From: Akkermansiaceae bacterium
GTDB lineage: Bacteria; Verrucomicrobiota; Verrucomicrobiia; Verrucomicrobiales; Akkermansiaceae
DNA length: 64,000 bases
Direction of reading: 5' to 3'
Assembly: GCA_051251915.1 (NCBI GenBank)
Contig: JBPOGF010000002.1
Location: forward strand, 215,663-279,662
A program made the translations under genes and the position numbers. Under the pieces are notes generated by a model. That model ran no database searches. It was not told where the DNA came from and worked only from the letters and a program-made list of their open reading frames with translations. Position 1 is the stretch's first letter. Every line of letters starts with the position of its first letter. Of this stretch, positions 20,268 through 29,776 are shown piece after piece.

Positions 20268-20867
20268 TTATACCTCCGTGAACGTTCCTGATGAACTTGA
20301 TTCGATAGTGGCGCCATCCTTAGTGCCACTAACACTCGTTACAAAGGTGCCTGAGCTACTGGATGTAAAAGTCAGTGTGTAGACCGTTGTGATGCCGTCT
20401 TCAATAACGGTAACTTCTCTGTTTGTGTTATCGGTTGTGTCCGTTGAGCAGGTGTAAGTTCCAAATTGATCCACATCTACAGGCCCCAAGCCAGCCGTGA
20501 CGTTGGTGGTAAAACCAGCTACAGTGGTTGAGATTTTGGTAATGTCAGTGACTCCCGTAATGTGAGTAGTTCCATTATCCAGATACTCAACTGTGAGATC
20601 GTAATTGATGTCTGAAACTGTGCGTGATGAAACAGGAATAGTTGTTTCAGTGGTAGTGGTTTGTGTTCCGATGAAGCGATAGGATTTACCCTCGAAGCAA
20701 TCAGCGTTGCTGTCATTATCGTCTTCGTCATCATCGCCACCGCTTCCTCCGGCACCTCCATTGTTCACTATATTTGTGGAGTTGTCGCTTCCATCGCAAG
20801 AAGAGATGGTCATAGGTAGGGCAAGGCAAAGGGATGCGATGGCTATCTTAAGTAGTGTCTTTTTCAT
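20268..20867 (-). CDS. Hypothetical lipoprotein
   Basis: Signal peptide ending ISSC; Gly/Asp linker; Thr-rich beta-strand domain. Confidence 0.78.
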   Translation of the reverse strand: MKKTLLKIAIASLCLALPMTISSCDGSDNSTNIVNNGGAGGSGGDDDEDDNDSNADCFEGKSYRFIGTQTTTTETTIPVSSRTVSDINYDLTVEYLDNGTTHITGVTDITKISTTVAGFTTNVTAGLGPVDVDQFGTYTCSTDTTDNTNREVTVIEDGITTVYTLTFTSSSSGTFVTSVSGTKDGATIESSSSGTFTEV

Positions 20868-20977
20868 GTTGGTTTAATTGTTGTTGATTCCCCATATTTT
20901 TTCAGGAATGCTGTAAAATATGCAAATTTCAGAATGGCGACAAGCTACAAAATGATGAGTAATAAAGAATTTTGGTA

Positions 20978-21006
20978 TTGCTAAATTTCTAGTGCTTCTT
21001 TAAGTT
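20978..21006 (+). promoter_or_regulatory. Sigma70-type promoter of the 6S RNA
   Basis: TTGCTA-N17-TAAGTT, ending 6 bp before the RNA stem begins. Confidence 0.7.
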
Positions 21007-21012
21007 CATTTC

Positions 21013-21184
21013 GCTGCTATGTGCGTCCACATATAGAACAAGCCCAGACCGATGATAATACAACGGGAGCATTAACCCAGAGGTGCAATGTCATGCCTTT
21101 TTAGGAAGACAGCGTGCTGAAAGGCGTTCCCACTTACTGAGCTTTCGGATTAGTGGCTCTTAGTTCTATGGACGGCATGGCGGT
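21013..21184 (+). ncRNA. ssrS: 6S RNA
   Basis: About 172-nt rod: GCTGCTATGT/GCATGGCGGT, CGTCCA/TGGACG, ATAGAAC/GTTCTAT and AGCC/GGCT closing stem, A-rich central bubble, GGGAGC/GTTCCC after the bubble; own promoter; followed by a T-run. Confidence 0.8.
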
Positions 21185-21202
21185 ATTTTTATTTCTATTT
21201 TT

Positions 21203-21586
21203 ATGAAAACTTACCTCTATCACCACTGTGTTCCGTTTCAAGATACTGACATGGCGGGGGTGGTGCATTATTCCCGTATTTTAGGGTATGTGGAGCTGGC
21301 GGAGCATGTGTTTCTGCGCGAGCTTGGGATTCCGCCTATTTCAAAAAATGGTGGGTTGCCTAAGGTGCATGTGGAGTGTGATTATATGAGGCCATTGAGG
21401 TTTGGGGACGAGTTGGGCGTTGAGCTGTTTTTGCTGAAGTGTTCAGCTAGATCAATCCAGTGGGGATTTGAGATTTCTGTGCATGGTGAAATTTCAGCTA
21501 AAGGGAAACTTATCACGGCCTATGTAGATAGTGCGGGGAGGGCTGGTGAAATGCCGGCTGAATGGCAGGTTTTATTGGGTGAGTAG
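21203..21586 (+). CDS. Acyl-CoA thioesterase (4HBT/YbgC hot-dog fold)
   Basis: FQDTDMAGVVHY and ECDYMRPLRFGD motifs. Confidence 0.9.
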   Translation: MKTYLYHHCVPFQDTDMAGVVHYSRILGYVELAEHVFLRELGIPPISKNGGLPKVHVECDYMRPLRFGDELGVELFLLKCSARSIQWGFEISVHGEISAKGKLITAYVDSAGRAGEMPAEWQVLLGE

Positions 21587-24500
21587 GCTGGAGATTTCTT
21601 GTTGGCTGAGGCCTTGCATGAGTGGGGCGTCATCTTCGTCTCCGAGGGTGGAGTCGATGAGGCCTTGTTTAGCTTGTTGGAGACGGATGATTTTTTCTTC
21701 GACGGTTCCTGTGGTGACCATTTTGTAGACGGTGGTGGGCTTGGTTTGGCCGATGCGGTAGGCGCGGTCAGTGGCTTGGGCTTCTACGGCTGGGTTCCAC
21801 CATGGGTCGAAGTGAATGACGGTGTCAGCGGCTGTGAGGTTGAGGCCGTAGCCGCCGGCTTTGAGGGAGATGAGGAAGGTGTCTGGGCCAGTGGGGGATT
21901 GGAATCTTTCTACTTCTTTGGCGCGGTCTTTGGTGGCGCCATCTAGGTAGGCGTAGGTGATGCCGGCTTCTGATAGAGCTGCTTTAATGATGCTTAGCAT
22001 GCTGGTGAACTGGCTAAAGATGAGGACGCGGTGGTTGCCTTCTTTTGCTTCTCTGAGGAGTTCTAGGAGGCGGACGAGTTTGCCTGAGGCTTCGTCCATG
22101 GTGATGTCCATTTCTGAGTCTAGTAGGCGTAGGTCAGTGGCGGCTTGGCGGAGGCGGAGTAGGACGGTGAGGATCTGGATGCGGGCAGCGCCTGCTTGAT
22201 CTTTGCCCATGGATTCGACTTTTTGGGCGCCTTGTCTGAGGAGCTGGGCGTAAGTTTTCTTCTGGCTGGGGCTGGGGTCGCAGTAGATGGTCTGGAGGAT
22301 TTTTGGTGGGAGGTCTTTGGCGACTTTTGCTTTGGTGCGGCGGAGCATGAAGGGTTCTACGCGCATGCGGAGACGCTTCATGATGGCTGAGTCTGCGGAG
22401 TTGTTAGAGAGGGGTTGTTGGTAGTGAAGTTGGAAATCTTTTCTGGTGCCTAAGTAGCCAGGGAGGAGGAAGTGGAAGAGGGACCAGAGATCTCGCACGG
22501 CATTTTCTACGGGAGTGCCGGTGAGGGCGATGCGGTGTTCTGCGTGGAGCTTTCTTAGGGCTTTGGCTGCTTGGGTGTCTGGGTTTCTGATGAGGGATGC
22601 TTCATCGATGACGAGGGTGTGGAATTTCTGGTTGGTGTAGAAATCTAGATCTCGGGCGATGAGGGCGTAGCTGGTAATGATGATGTCTGCGCTGTGGGCT
22701 ACGGTGAAGTAGTCTTTGCGTTTTGGTCCGTGGAGGATGAGGGTGTTTAGGTTTGGGAAGAATTTCTTACACTCCGCCTGCCAGTTTCCTAGGAGGGAGG
22801 TGGGGCAGACTACTAGGGCTTGCACTCGCTGACGTTTGCCTGCAGGGGGAGGGGTAGAGGAGTTGCTGGCTTTTAGTAGGTGGATTAGGGAGAGGGTTTG
22901 GAGGGTTTTACCTAGGCCCATGTCGTCTGCTAGGAGGGCAGCGCCGTCATGGGTGGTGCGGTCATGGAGCCAGGCGATGCCTTCTTCTTGGTAAGGGCGG
23001 AGGGTTTTCTGGATCTCTGGGGGTAAGTTTTTGATGATGGAGAGATCTGGTTTTGTGAGGGGTTTATTGGAGTAGTGGTTTTGGAGTCTTTTGAGGTAGG
23101 CAGCTTGTGCTTTTGGGGCGTAGTAGAGGCCGTTTTCTTGTTTTGGGTTGGTGTCGCGCAGGACGGTTTCTACGGTGTCTGCATCGAAGTTTGAGATGAT
23201 GACGCGTTTACCGTTTTTGGATGTGCCGCTGCGTTTGCCGCTGGCGAGCATGCGCTGGATGACTTCTTTGGGGATGTCTTTGCCGCTGTCGGTTTTGAAA
23301 TTTACATCGAAGGCTAGCCAGTCTTGTCCTGAGCTTTGGGTTTGGTCACCTTTGAAGTCGAAGGATGGGGTGATGCGGACGATGTTGTTTTTCTGGGAGT
23401 TGAGTTTCTGGGAGGATTTTATTTTCCAGCCGCTTTCGTGCTCTAGGTCTGGGAGCGTGGAGGTAAGAAATTCTATGATGGCGTCCTCGTTGTTCATCTG
23501 CCAGGTACCGCGTGGGTCAGTGATCTGGAAGCCAGCTTGCATGAGTGTGCCTGCGGCGAGGTCTTCTGCGTCTCTATTTCTGGTGAGGTAGTGGTTTTTC
23601 TTGCTGGGGTGAGGGATGGGGAATTCGATGTCGCAACTTTGGGTTAGACCTATAGTGTGAGTGTGGGTGTCTGAGCTGGAGTAGTGGGCTTGGATCTGGG
23701 CGGAGAGGAGCTGAGTGGAGCCGTCTAGTATGAGTGTGATACTTGGTTCGGCGGTGGAGATGGGGATGTCTGAGAGGGATGAGTCATCGTCCCAGATGAT
23801 GAGGTCGCTCTGGGCGTCTAGGCTAGTGAGGAATTCTGTGAGGGGGAGAGAGACGGGGTTTCCGTCTGTGATGCGTTGCCAGTAGCGGGGTTTCCAGAGT
23901 TGGGCGACGTCGTGGATGATGAGGTAGTGGTGTTGTTTGTCCCAGAGGTAGAGGTGGTCTTCGGCGTGCCAGGCGATGCCATGTTCTAGGACTGACGGAC
24001 ATAGGCGGACGTTGATGCGGTCATCGTCACGGGTGAGGGTCATGGGGATGCGGCTACCGTTATTGTGGATGGATGCTTTCTTCCCTGCGGCATATATTCG
24101 GGTGTGGCCTATTATTTTGTTTAGGAATACTAGTGCTTGTGGGCCGCGGAGACCTAGGATGGGGGGGGATGGTTTGCCGGTGACGTGAATGAGCCAATCG
24201 GTGAGGGACTGGTCAGTGAGTGAAATGGTGGTGTCTTCGACACGTGATAGTTTGACGCTGATACCTCCTTTTCCTGCGTTGATACTGTCAGGAAAGGTGG
24301 GGGGGAGGTCGATTTGGAGGGGAATGCAGGTGTTTTTGCTGGTGTTGGGGGTAAGTTTTTGTGCTGAGGAGCTGGCTCTGGTTTTGGTTGTTTCTGGGGG
24401 GGAAGCTACAGAAATGGAGTGTAGCATGAGGGCTACAGCGTGTGCGCAGATTTCTCCTGTGCGGCGGCATTGCATCCTGGGGCAGACGGTATCTATGTCT

Positions 24501-24685
24501 GTTTCTGAGTGGATTTTGACAGTGACGCGTGTGGGCTTGGGGCTGGCTCCTGCGCGTAATGTGCCGGTGATGACGCTACCTTTAGTGGTGGAATCAAGTA
24601 CGGAGCCTTGTTTGAACAGGTCTCTACCTGCTTTATTTGCCTTCCAGCCTGCTGCTTTTGCGATCCATTTTTCGGTGATTTCCAT
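21572..24685 (-). CDS. SWIM-domain SNF2-family helicase
   Basis: C...C......CAH SWIM motif; LADDMGLGKT, DEAS, LTGTPVEN, SLKAGGYGLNL and QATDRAYRIGQ motifs; start moved to ATG 24685. Confidence 0.95.
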   Translation of the reverse strand: MEITEKWIAKAAGWKANKAGRDLFKQGSVLDSTTKGSVITGTLRAGASPKPTRVTVKIHSETDIDTVCPRMQCRRTGEICAHAVALMLHSISVASPPETTKTRASSSAQKLTPNTSKNTCIPLQIDLPPTFPDSINAGKGGISVKLSRVEDTTISLTDQSLTDWLIHVTGKPSPPILGLRGPQALVFLNKIIGHTRIYAAGKKASIHNNGSRIPMTLTRDDDRINVRLCPSVLEHGIAWHAEDHLYLWDKQHHYLIIHDVAQLWKPRYWQRITDGNPVSLPLTEFLTSLDAQSDLIIWDDDSSLSDIPISTAEPSITLILDGSTQLLSAQIQAHYSSSDTHTHTIGLTQSCDIEFPIPHPSKKNHYLTRNRDAEDLAAGTLMQAGFQITDPRGTWQMNNEDAIIEFLTSTLPDLEHESGWKIKSSQKLNSQKNNIVRITPSFDFKGDQTQSSGQDWLAFDVNFKTDSGKDIPKEVIQRMLASGKRSGTSKNGKRVIISNFDADTVETVLRDTNPKQENGLYYAPKAQAAYLKRLQNHYSNKPLTKPDLSIIKNLPPEIQKTLRPYQEEGIAWLHDRTTHDGAALLADDMGLGKTLQTLSLIHLLKASNSSTPPPAGKRQRVQALVVCPTSLLGNWQAECKKFFPNLNTLILHGPKRKDYFTVAHSADIIITSYALIARDLDFYTNQKFHTLVIDEASLIRNPDTQAAKALRKLHAEHRIALTGTPVENAVRDLWSLFHFLLPGYLGTRKDFQLHYQQPLSNNSADSAIMKRLRMRVEPFMLRRTKAKVAKDLPPKILQTIYCDPSPSQKKTYAQLLRQGAQKVESMGKDQAGAARIQILTVLLRLRQAATDLRLLDSEMDITMDEASGKLVRLLELLREAKEGNHRVLIFSQFTSMLSIIKAALSEAGITYAYLDGATKDRAKEVERFQSPTGPDTFLISLKAGGYGLNLTAADTVIHFDPWWNPAVEAQATDRAYRIGQTKPTTVYKMVTTGTVEEKIIRLQQAKQGLIDSTLGDEDDAPLMQGLSQQEISSLLTQ

Positions 24686-24867
24686 GTGCTCAGTGAGTCC
24701 CTGTATGGGGTTTCTACAGTCTTGATGGAGTAGTGGCAATTTGGAAAGCAAAAGATTCATTCATCTACCCTTGACGCATCTCATAATAAAACGTTATTTT
24801 CTAATCACGTCAGCCTCATCCGAGGCCAACCTAGAAACAATTATTCATCATCTAACAATCATTTATC

Positions 24868-25338
24868 GTGGATCTCAAAGACATTAAGAAAATCGTAGAG
24901 CTCATGGATGAGCATGAACTTTCCTTCTTTCACCTAGAAAAAGAAGACTTCAACCTCAAACTCAAAAAAGGTGTGGATGCTGATGCTATCATGGCAGCGA
25001 TGCCAATGGCTGCTCCTGCTCCAGTTCAAATGGCCGCGCCAGCCGCCGCACCCGGCGCCGCAGCAGCAAGTGCACCAGCCGCAGCCGGTGCTCCGGCAAT
25101 GGATGGCGAGCCGATCGACTCACCAATGGTGGGGACTTTCTACAGGAAGTCATCACCAGATGCACCTAACTTCGTAGAGGTGGGAGCTAGTGTCAATGAG
25201 GGTGATACTATCTGTATCATAGAGGCAATGAAAGTGATGAACGAGATCAAGGCTGAGAGAAGCGGCATGATCACAGCTATTCTTGTCGATGACAGCGAGC
25301 CTGTTCAGTTCGGTGACACTATGTTCACCATCAAGTAA
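24868..25338 (+). CDS. accB: Acetyl-CoA carboxylase biotin carboxyl carrier protein
   Basis: Ala/Pro linker, SPMVGTFY and EAMKVMNE biotinylation motif. Confidence 0.97.
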   Translation: MDLKDIKKIVELMDEHELSFFHLEKEDFNLKLKKGVDADAIMAAMPMAAPAPVQMAAPAAAPGAAAASAPAAAGAPAMDGEPIDSPMVGTFYRKSSPDAPNFVEVGASVNEGDTICIIEAMKVMNEIKAERSGMITAILVDDSEPVQFGDTMFTIK

Positions 25339-25392
25339 TTTAACTTATTTTAACAAAGGCTGCTTAGTCGGCTTATTTTCCCAGATCAATTT

Positions 25393-26763
25393 ATGCTTAA
25401 GAAAGTTCTCGTAGCAAACCGTGGAGAGATTGCTCTCCGTGTCATCAGGGCCTGCCGTGAGTTAGGCGTAGCATCAGTGGCAATCTATTCGGAAGCGGAT
25501 GTGGATTCCATGCACGTTCAACTTGCGGATGAAGCCGTCTGTATTGGGCCGGGGCCTAGTAAGGACTCCTATCTGATGCCGGATCGAATCATAGCAGCCG
25601 CTGAAATCACTGAGGCGGATGCGATTCACCCAGGTTACGGATTTCTTTCAGAGAATGCACGTTTTGTGGAGATCTGTAATAGCTGCGACATTAAATTCAT
25701 TGGACCAAGAGCTGATACCATCACGATGATGGGGGATAAGAATACTGCTCGTGCTACGGCGCTTAAGAGTGGAGTTCCTGTGACTCCTGGTTCAGATGGG
25801 ATTTTAGAATCTGCTGCACATGGATTAGAGCTGGCGACTGAGATGGGTTTCCCAGTGATGATCAAAGCGACGGCTGGTGGCGGTGGTAGAGGGATGCGTC
25901 CATGCTATAAAGCTGAAGAATTCATTAGTCTGTATGAGGCTGCGAGTCAGGAGGCGATTGCTTGTTTTGGTAATGGTGAGTGTTATCTTGAGAAATTGGT
26001 GCTTAATCCGCACCACGTGGAGTTCCAGATCATGGGGGATACTCATGGTAACTATATTCACTTGAACGAGCGTGACTGCTCGATGCAGAGGCGTAACCAG
26101 AAGATTATTGAGGAGTGTCCAAGTCCGTTGATCAACGAGGATATGCGCAAGCGCATGGGTGATGCTTCTATAAAGCTTATTACTGAGATCGGCTACGAGA
26201 ACGCGGGGACGATTGAGTATTTGGTGGATTCAGCAGGTGAGAATTTTTACTTCATGGAGATGAATACTCGTATTCAAGTAGAGCATCCGATCACGGAAGA
26301 GGTGATGGGCTGTGAGCTTATTAAGGAGCAGATCAGAATTGCCTCAGGTGAGCCAATGTCTGAGCATGTTCTGAATGCTACACCACGTGGGCATTCTATC
26401 GAGTGCCGAATTAATGCGGAAGATCCTTATAATAATTTTGCTCCAAGTCCAGGGAAGATTGATCTTTGGTATGCTCCTGGAGGAAAGGGTGTGCGTGTGG
26501 ATACGCATGTCTATTCTGGGTATTCAGTTCCGCCGTATTATGACTCAATGATTGCTAAGCTCATCTGTACGGGAGCTACCCGAGATATTGCTATCTCTAG
26601 GATGAATCGGGCGTTGAAGGAATTCATGATATCAGGGATCAAGACTACCATTCCATTCCAGATAGAAATTATCAACCATCCTGATTTTAAGGCTGGTAAG
26701 TATAACATCGCTTGGGTCGGTGAGTATCTGGAGGAAAGAATGAAGGAGATTGGAGCCAAGTAA
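25393..26763 (+). CDS. accC: Acetyl-CoA carboxylase biotin carboxylase
   Basis: ANRGEIA, HPGYGFLSEN, GGGGRGM, EMNTRIQVEH and YYDSMIAK motifs. Confidence 0.98.
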   Translation: MLKKVLVANRGEIALRVIRACRELGVASVAIYSEADVDSMHVQLADEAVCIGPGPSKDSYLMPDRIIAAAEITEADAIHPGYGFLSENARFVEICNSCDIKFIGPRADTITMMGDKNTARATALKSGVPVTPGSDGILESAAHGLELATEMGFPVMIKATAGGGGRGMRPCYKAEEFISLYEAASQEAIACFGNGECYLEKLVLNPHHVEFQIMGDTHGNYIHLNERDCSMQRRNQKIIEECPSPLINEDMRKRMGDASIKLITEIGYENAGTIEYLVDSAGENFYFMEMNTRIQVEHPITEEVMGCELIKEQIRIASGEPMSEHVLNATPRGHSIECRINAEDPYNNFAPSPGKIDLWYAPGGKGVRVDTHVYSGYSVPPYYDSMIAKLICTGATRDIAISRMNRALKEFMISGIKTTIPFQIEIINHPDFKAGKYNIAWVGEYLEERMKEIGAK

Positions 26764-26785
26764 TCAACTCTCTTACTATTTTACT

Positions 26786-26819
26786 AAAAAAGGATCACTG
26801 AATGGTGATCCTTTTTTTT
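26786..26819 (+). terminator. Rho-independent terminator
   Basis: AAAAAAGGATCAC...GTGATCCTTTTTTTT after accC. Confidence 0.88.
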
Positions 26820-26923
26820 GTCTGTATGAATGGGGTATAGTGGATTGAAATATAGGGTCCTCCGGTGATATTTGAAAAACAATCTTACTTGTTCGAGCGG
26901 GTTTGGTTGTGGTAGTTTTTGTT

Positions 26924-27838
26924 ATGATAAAATTTAGTCGGTTGCTTTGTTTGATTCTCGTTGGTTTTTGGTTGGGGACTAGTGGGGATCTTGTTGCGGA
27001 GGATTTAGGACCAGTAGTGGGGCCGGCAAAGGGTTCATTGGTGATTATGGGTGGGGGTGGGAAGGACCGAGCATTTAGCAAGGTGTTTGCGAGGTTTGTG
27101 AAGTTAGCAGGGGGGAAGGAGGCGCGGATCGTTATTGTTCCTACAGCGGCTTCTAGTAGTGAGGGTCATGATTATGAAGGCTCTCTGGCTGAACGCTATG
27201 CTAGGTCAATGGGGGTGAAGGATGTGACTGTGGTGCATACTCATGATCGAAAGGAAGCTGATACGTTGAAGTTTGTGGAGCCTATCACGAAGGCAACTGG
27301 GGTATGGTTTAATGGGGGTAGGCAGTGGAGGTATGTGAAGGCTTATGGGGGAACGAAATCTGAAGTGGAGTTTCGCAAGGTGTTGGAACGAGGAGGAGCT
27401 ATAGGAGGTTCCTCTGCAGGGGCTAGTATTCAGGGTTCATTTCTCGCTAGAGGTGATACGCGTGGTAATAGGGTTATGGTGGGGGATGTACAACGTGGTT
27501 TTGGCTACATGCGGAATACGGCTATTGATCAGCATGTGGTAGCGAGGGGGAGGGAGAAAGACTTACTTAAAGTGTTAGAAGATCCATTGAAGAAAATGCA
27601 GAAGCAATATGATAGGGCCGAGATGTTAGGTATCGGTATTGATGAGGATGTAGCAATTGTTGTTCGAGGCGACAAACTTGAGGTGATAGGAAAGAAGGGC
27701 GGTACTGTGCTGATCTTTGATCCTAAGAAGTGGGTTGAGGAAACGCCAGACGATAAGAAGTGGGAGACGTTAAAAACTGGTGAATGGTATGATCTGAGTA
27801 AGCGGGCTAGAGAGATCACCAGTGTGACATCAGATTAG
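26924..27838 (+). CDS. Cyanophycinase-like serine peptidase (S51), exported
   Basis: LVIMGGG, VPTA, GGRQ, GGSSAGA nucleophile, IDQH and GIGIDE motifs; signal peptide from ATG 26924. Confidence 0.88.
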   Translation: MIKFSRLLCLILVGFWLGTSGDLVAEDLGPVVGPAKGSLVIMGGGGKDRAFSKVFARFVKLAGGKEARIVIVPTAASSSEGHDYEGSLAERYARSMGVKDVTVVHTHDRKEADTLKFVEPITKATGVWFNGGRQWRYVKAYGGTKSEVEFRKVLERGGAIGGSSAGASIQGSFLARGDTRGNRVMVGDVQRGFGYMRNTAIDQHVVARGREKDLLKVLEDPLKKMQKQYDRAEMLGIGIDEDVAIVVRGDKLEVIGKKGGTVLIFDPKKWVEETPDDKKWETLKTGEWYDLSKRAREITSVTSD

Positions 27839-27877
27839 TAGTTGATGCTAACTAAGTTGTTGTTGTTAAAGGGGGGC

Positions 27878-28066
27878 TTATTCCTCGTCTTTTGATGAGC
27901 GGTTTGGTGTGACCAAGCCGACTCCTGCACCAGCGACTTTACCGGCTACGCCTACTGAGGTGGTAGCGACTTTGCCGACGACTTTGACTGGCACTGTGAC
28001 TAAGGCGCATGAGCTTAGTAGAGCGGGTGAAGCGCAGAGGGTGGAGATGTAGAGCAATTTTTTCAT
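27878..28066 (-). CDS. Small lipoprotein
   Basis: LSSC lipobox followed by VTVPVKVVGKVA...; 62 aa. Confidence 0.75.
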   Translation of the reverse strand: MKKLLYISTLCASPALLSSCALVTVPVKVVGKVATTSVGVAGKVAGAGVGLVTPNRSSKDEE

Positions 28067-28071
28067 ATTGA

Positions 28072-29175
28072 TTACTTTCCTACGATGGCATTGATCACTC
28101 CGCGTTTGATCTTGGGCCAGGTTTTGGTGTGGAATAGGGCGATAGGCTTTTCTGTTTGCCCGTAAGTGCCATATTTAGGGTTGTAGCGTCTGCCTTTTTT
28201 GGCGGCTATGAGTGAGTTGTAGGCTTGCTTGTAGCTGTAGTTGTCGTAGTCCTTGGAGTCTTGGGTTTCTCCTAGGGAGACGAGGCCTAGTTTGGTGAAT
28301 GTTGCATTGAGGGCGTCTCTGGCTGCTTGATTTCTAGGCTCTGCGAGGAATGGGAAACGGAAGTATCTGGCGCGCTCCCAGTCTGGTCGTTCCGCGAGGT
28401 ATGCTTCATCTAGGCATTCCTCGATGAATTCTATGCCCATGATGCAGATTTTGAAATAATCTGAGTCGATTCTAAATCGGCCCATGTTTTGGTGGAATGC
28501 GGTGTGGTTGTATACTTCTGCTGCGTACTCGGAATTACCATTTGCATCTGGTGGGCATTTGACTTTGATGATGGAGCGGATGGTGGTGATGAATTCTTCA
28601 CGTTTGCTTTCTAGGAGTTGTTTCGTGGCTGCTAGTCGCTTTGCTGAAGTATTGTTTCTGGAGATGATACCATTCACGCTTTTGGCGGAAACTCTGGGGA
28701 CATTTGCGAAAAAGATAGAACGTGCTCCTAGTGGTGCGAGGTCGTTTACTATGTCGATGGCATTTCCTTGAGACGGGCTATCGCCTATTAATTGGTCATC
28801 AAAGGTGAGTGTGAAGCCGTAGCTTGGGAGTTTTTCAGTAGGCATGACTGTGCGTTGGACGAGCCTACGAAGGTAGAGTTTAGGGTTGTTTTGGACATTT
28901 CCGACGTCTTTTCCTTTGGTGAATAGTTCGATGTCACCTGGATCTGTTAGGTCCGCCATTCCACCGGTTGGAACGAAGATGGCAGGGGTAAGGTTTTCTT
29001 CAGCTACTTTTGTCTCATCTTCCACGGTTATCGCTTTTGGAGGAACGACCTTAGTATTTTTTTCTATGGGTGGCGTTTTTGCTGACGGCGTCTCCGTGGT
29101 GGGGGCTTGAGCTAGGGTGAAACTGTGCAGAAGACACAATGTGGAAAGGGTAAAAAGAGTGCGAGAATAATTCAT
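28072..29175 (-). CDS. Exported polysaccharide deacetylase-like (NodB/CE4) protein
   Basis: LTFDD, NHT..H, YFRFPF and LFH motifs in CE4 order; signal peptide. Confidence 0.7.
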   Translation of the reverse strand: MNYSRTLFTLSTLCLLHSFTLAQAPTTETPSAKTPPIEKNTKVVPPKAITVEDETKVAEENLTPAIFVPTGGMADLTDPGDIELFTKGKDVGNVQNNPKLYLRRLVQRTVMPTEKLPSYGFTLTFDDQLIGDSPSQGNAIDIVNDLAPLGARSIFFANVPRVSAKSVNGIISRNNTSAKRLAATKQLLESKREEFITTIRSIIKVKCPPDANGNSEYAAEVYNHTAFHQNMGRFRIDSDYFKICIMGIEFIEECLDEAYLAERPDWERARYFRFPFLAEPRNQAARDALNATFTKLGLVSLGETQDSKDYDNYSYKQAYNSLIAAKKGRRYNPKYGTYGQTEKPIALFHTKTWPKIKRGVINAIVGK

Positions 29176-29317
29176 GGAAAAGGGCTGTGGACTATGGGTT
29201 ATCTAATTTAGCTGTAGTAAATTAACAGCTTCAAGTAAAGAGTCAAAGCTGTAAAGACTTCTATAGAGGAGAAGTAGAATCACCTATTGTTAGATTCGGT
29301 TGGTTAGAGGTGAGTTT

Positions 29318-29737
29318 TTATTGTTGGGGCTGGATGGAGTCTACGAAGCAGCGGTAGCGGATGTATTCTTTGGTGGCGTCAACGAGGAGGTCTAGTTTTT
29401 CTGGGTGGTTGGTGGAGATGAGTGCGTGTGAGCTCCAGACGTCATTCGCCATGAAGAGGTTTACTTTACCGGCGTCGCCGAAATCTAGGACGTAGGCGCA
29501 TTTGAGGTCAGCTCCGGGGACCATGCCGGAGATGAATCTGACGAACATGTTCATGATGGATTCCATGAAGGGCTCTTTTGCTTTGGCTACCATGCCGCCG
29601 TATTCCATGACGTCATTAATGACTTTTTCATCGACCACAAGTTTGTAGGTGATTTTGTTAGAGGTGGATTCTGTTGCGTTGATTAGTTTCCAGCCTGGCC
29701 ACTCGGGAGTGATGAATTTTGCAGGTTCTTCTTTCAT
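29318..29737 (-). CDS. Hypothetical protein
   Basis: 139 aa ATG ORF downstream of recN with host-like codon bias. Confidence 0.7.
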   Translation of the reverse strand: MKEEPAKFITPEWPGWKLINATESTSNKITYKLVVDEKVINDVMEYGGMVAKAKEPFMESIMNMFVRFISGMVPGADLKCAYVLDFGDAGKVNLFMANDVWSSHALISTNHPEKLDLLVDATKEYIRYRCFVDSIQPQQ

Positions 29738-29776
29738 GGTTGTGTCATGGTGACTAGCACGAGGAATCTCATAGGG

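Noticed and set aside
21572..24685. SNF2 helicase as part of an anti-phage system
   Set aside because: Typical stand-alone SWIM-SNF2 among core genes, with no methylase, nuclease or other defence partner adjacent
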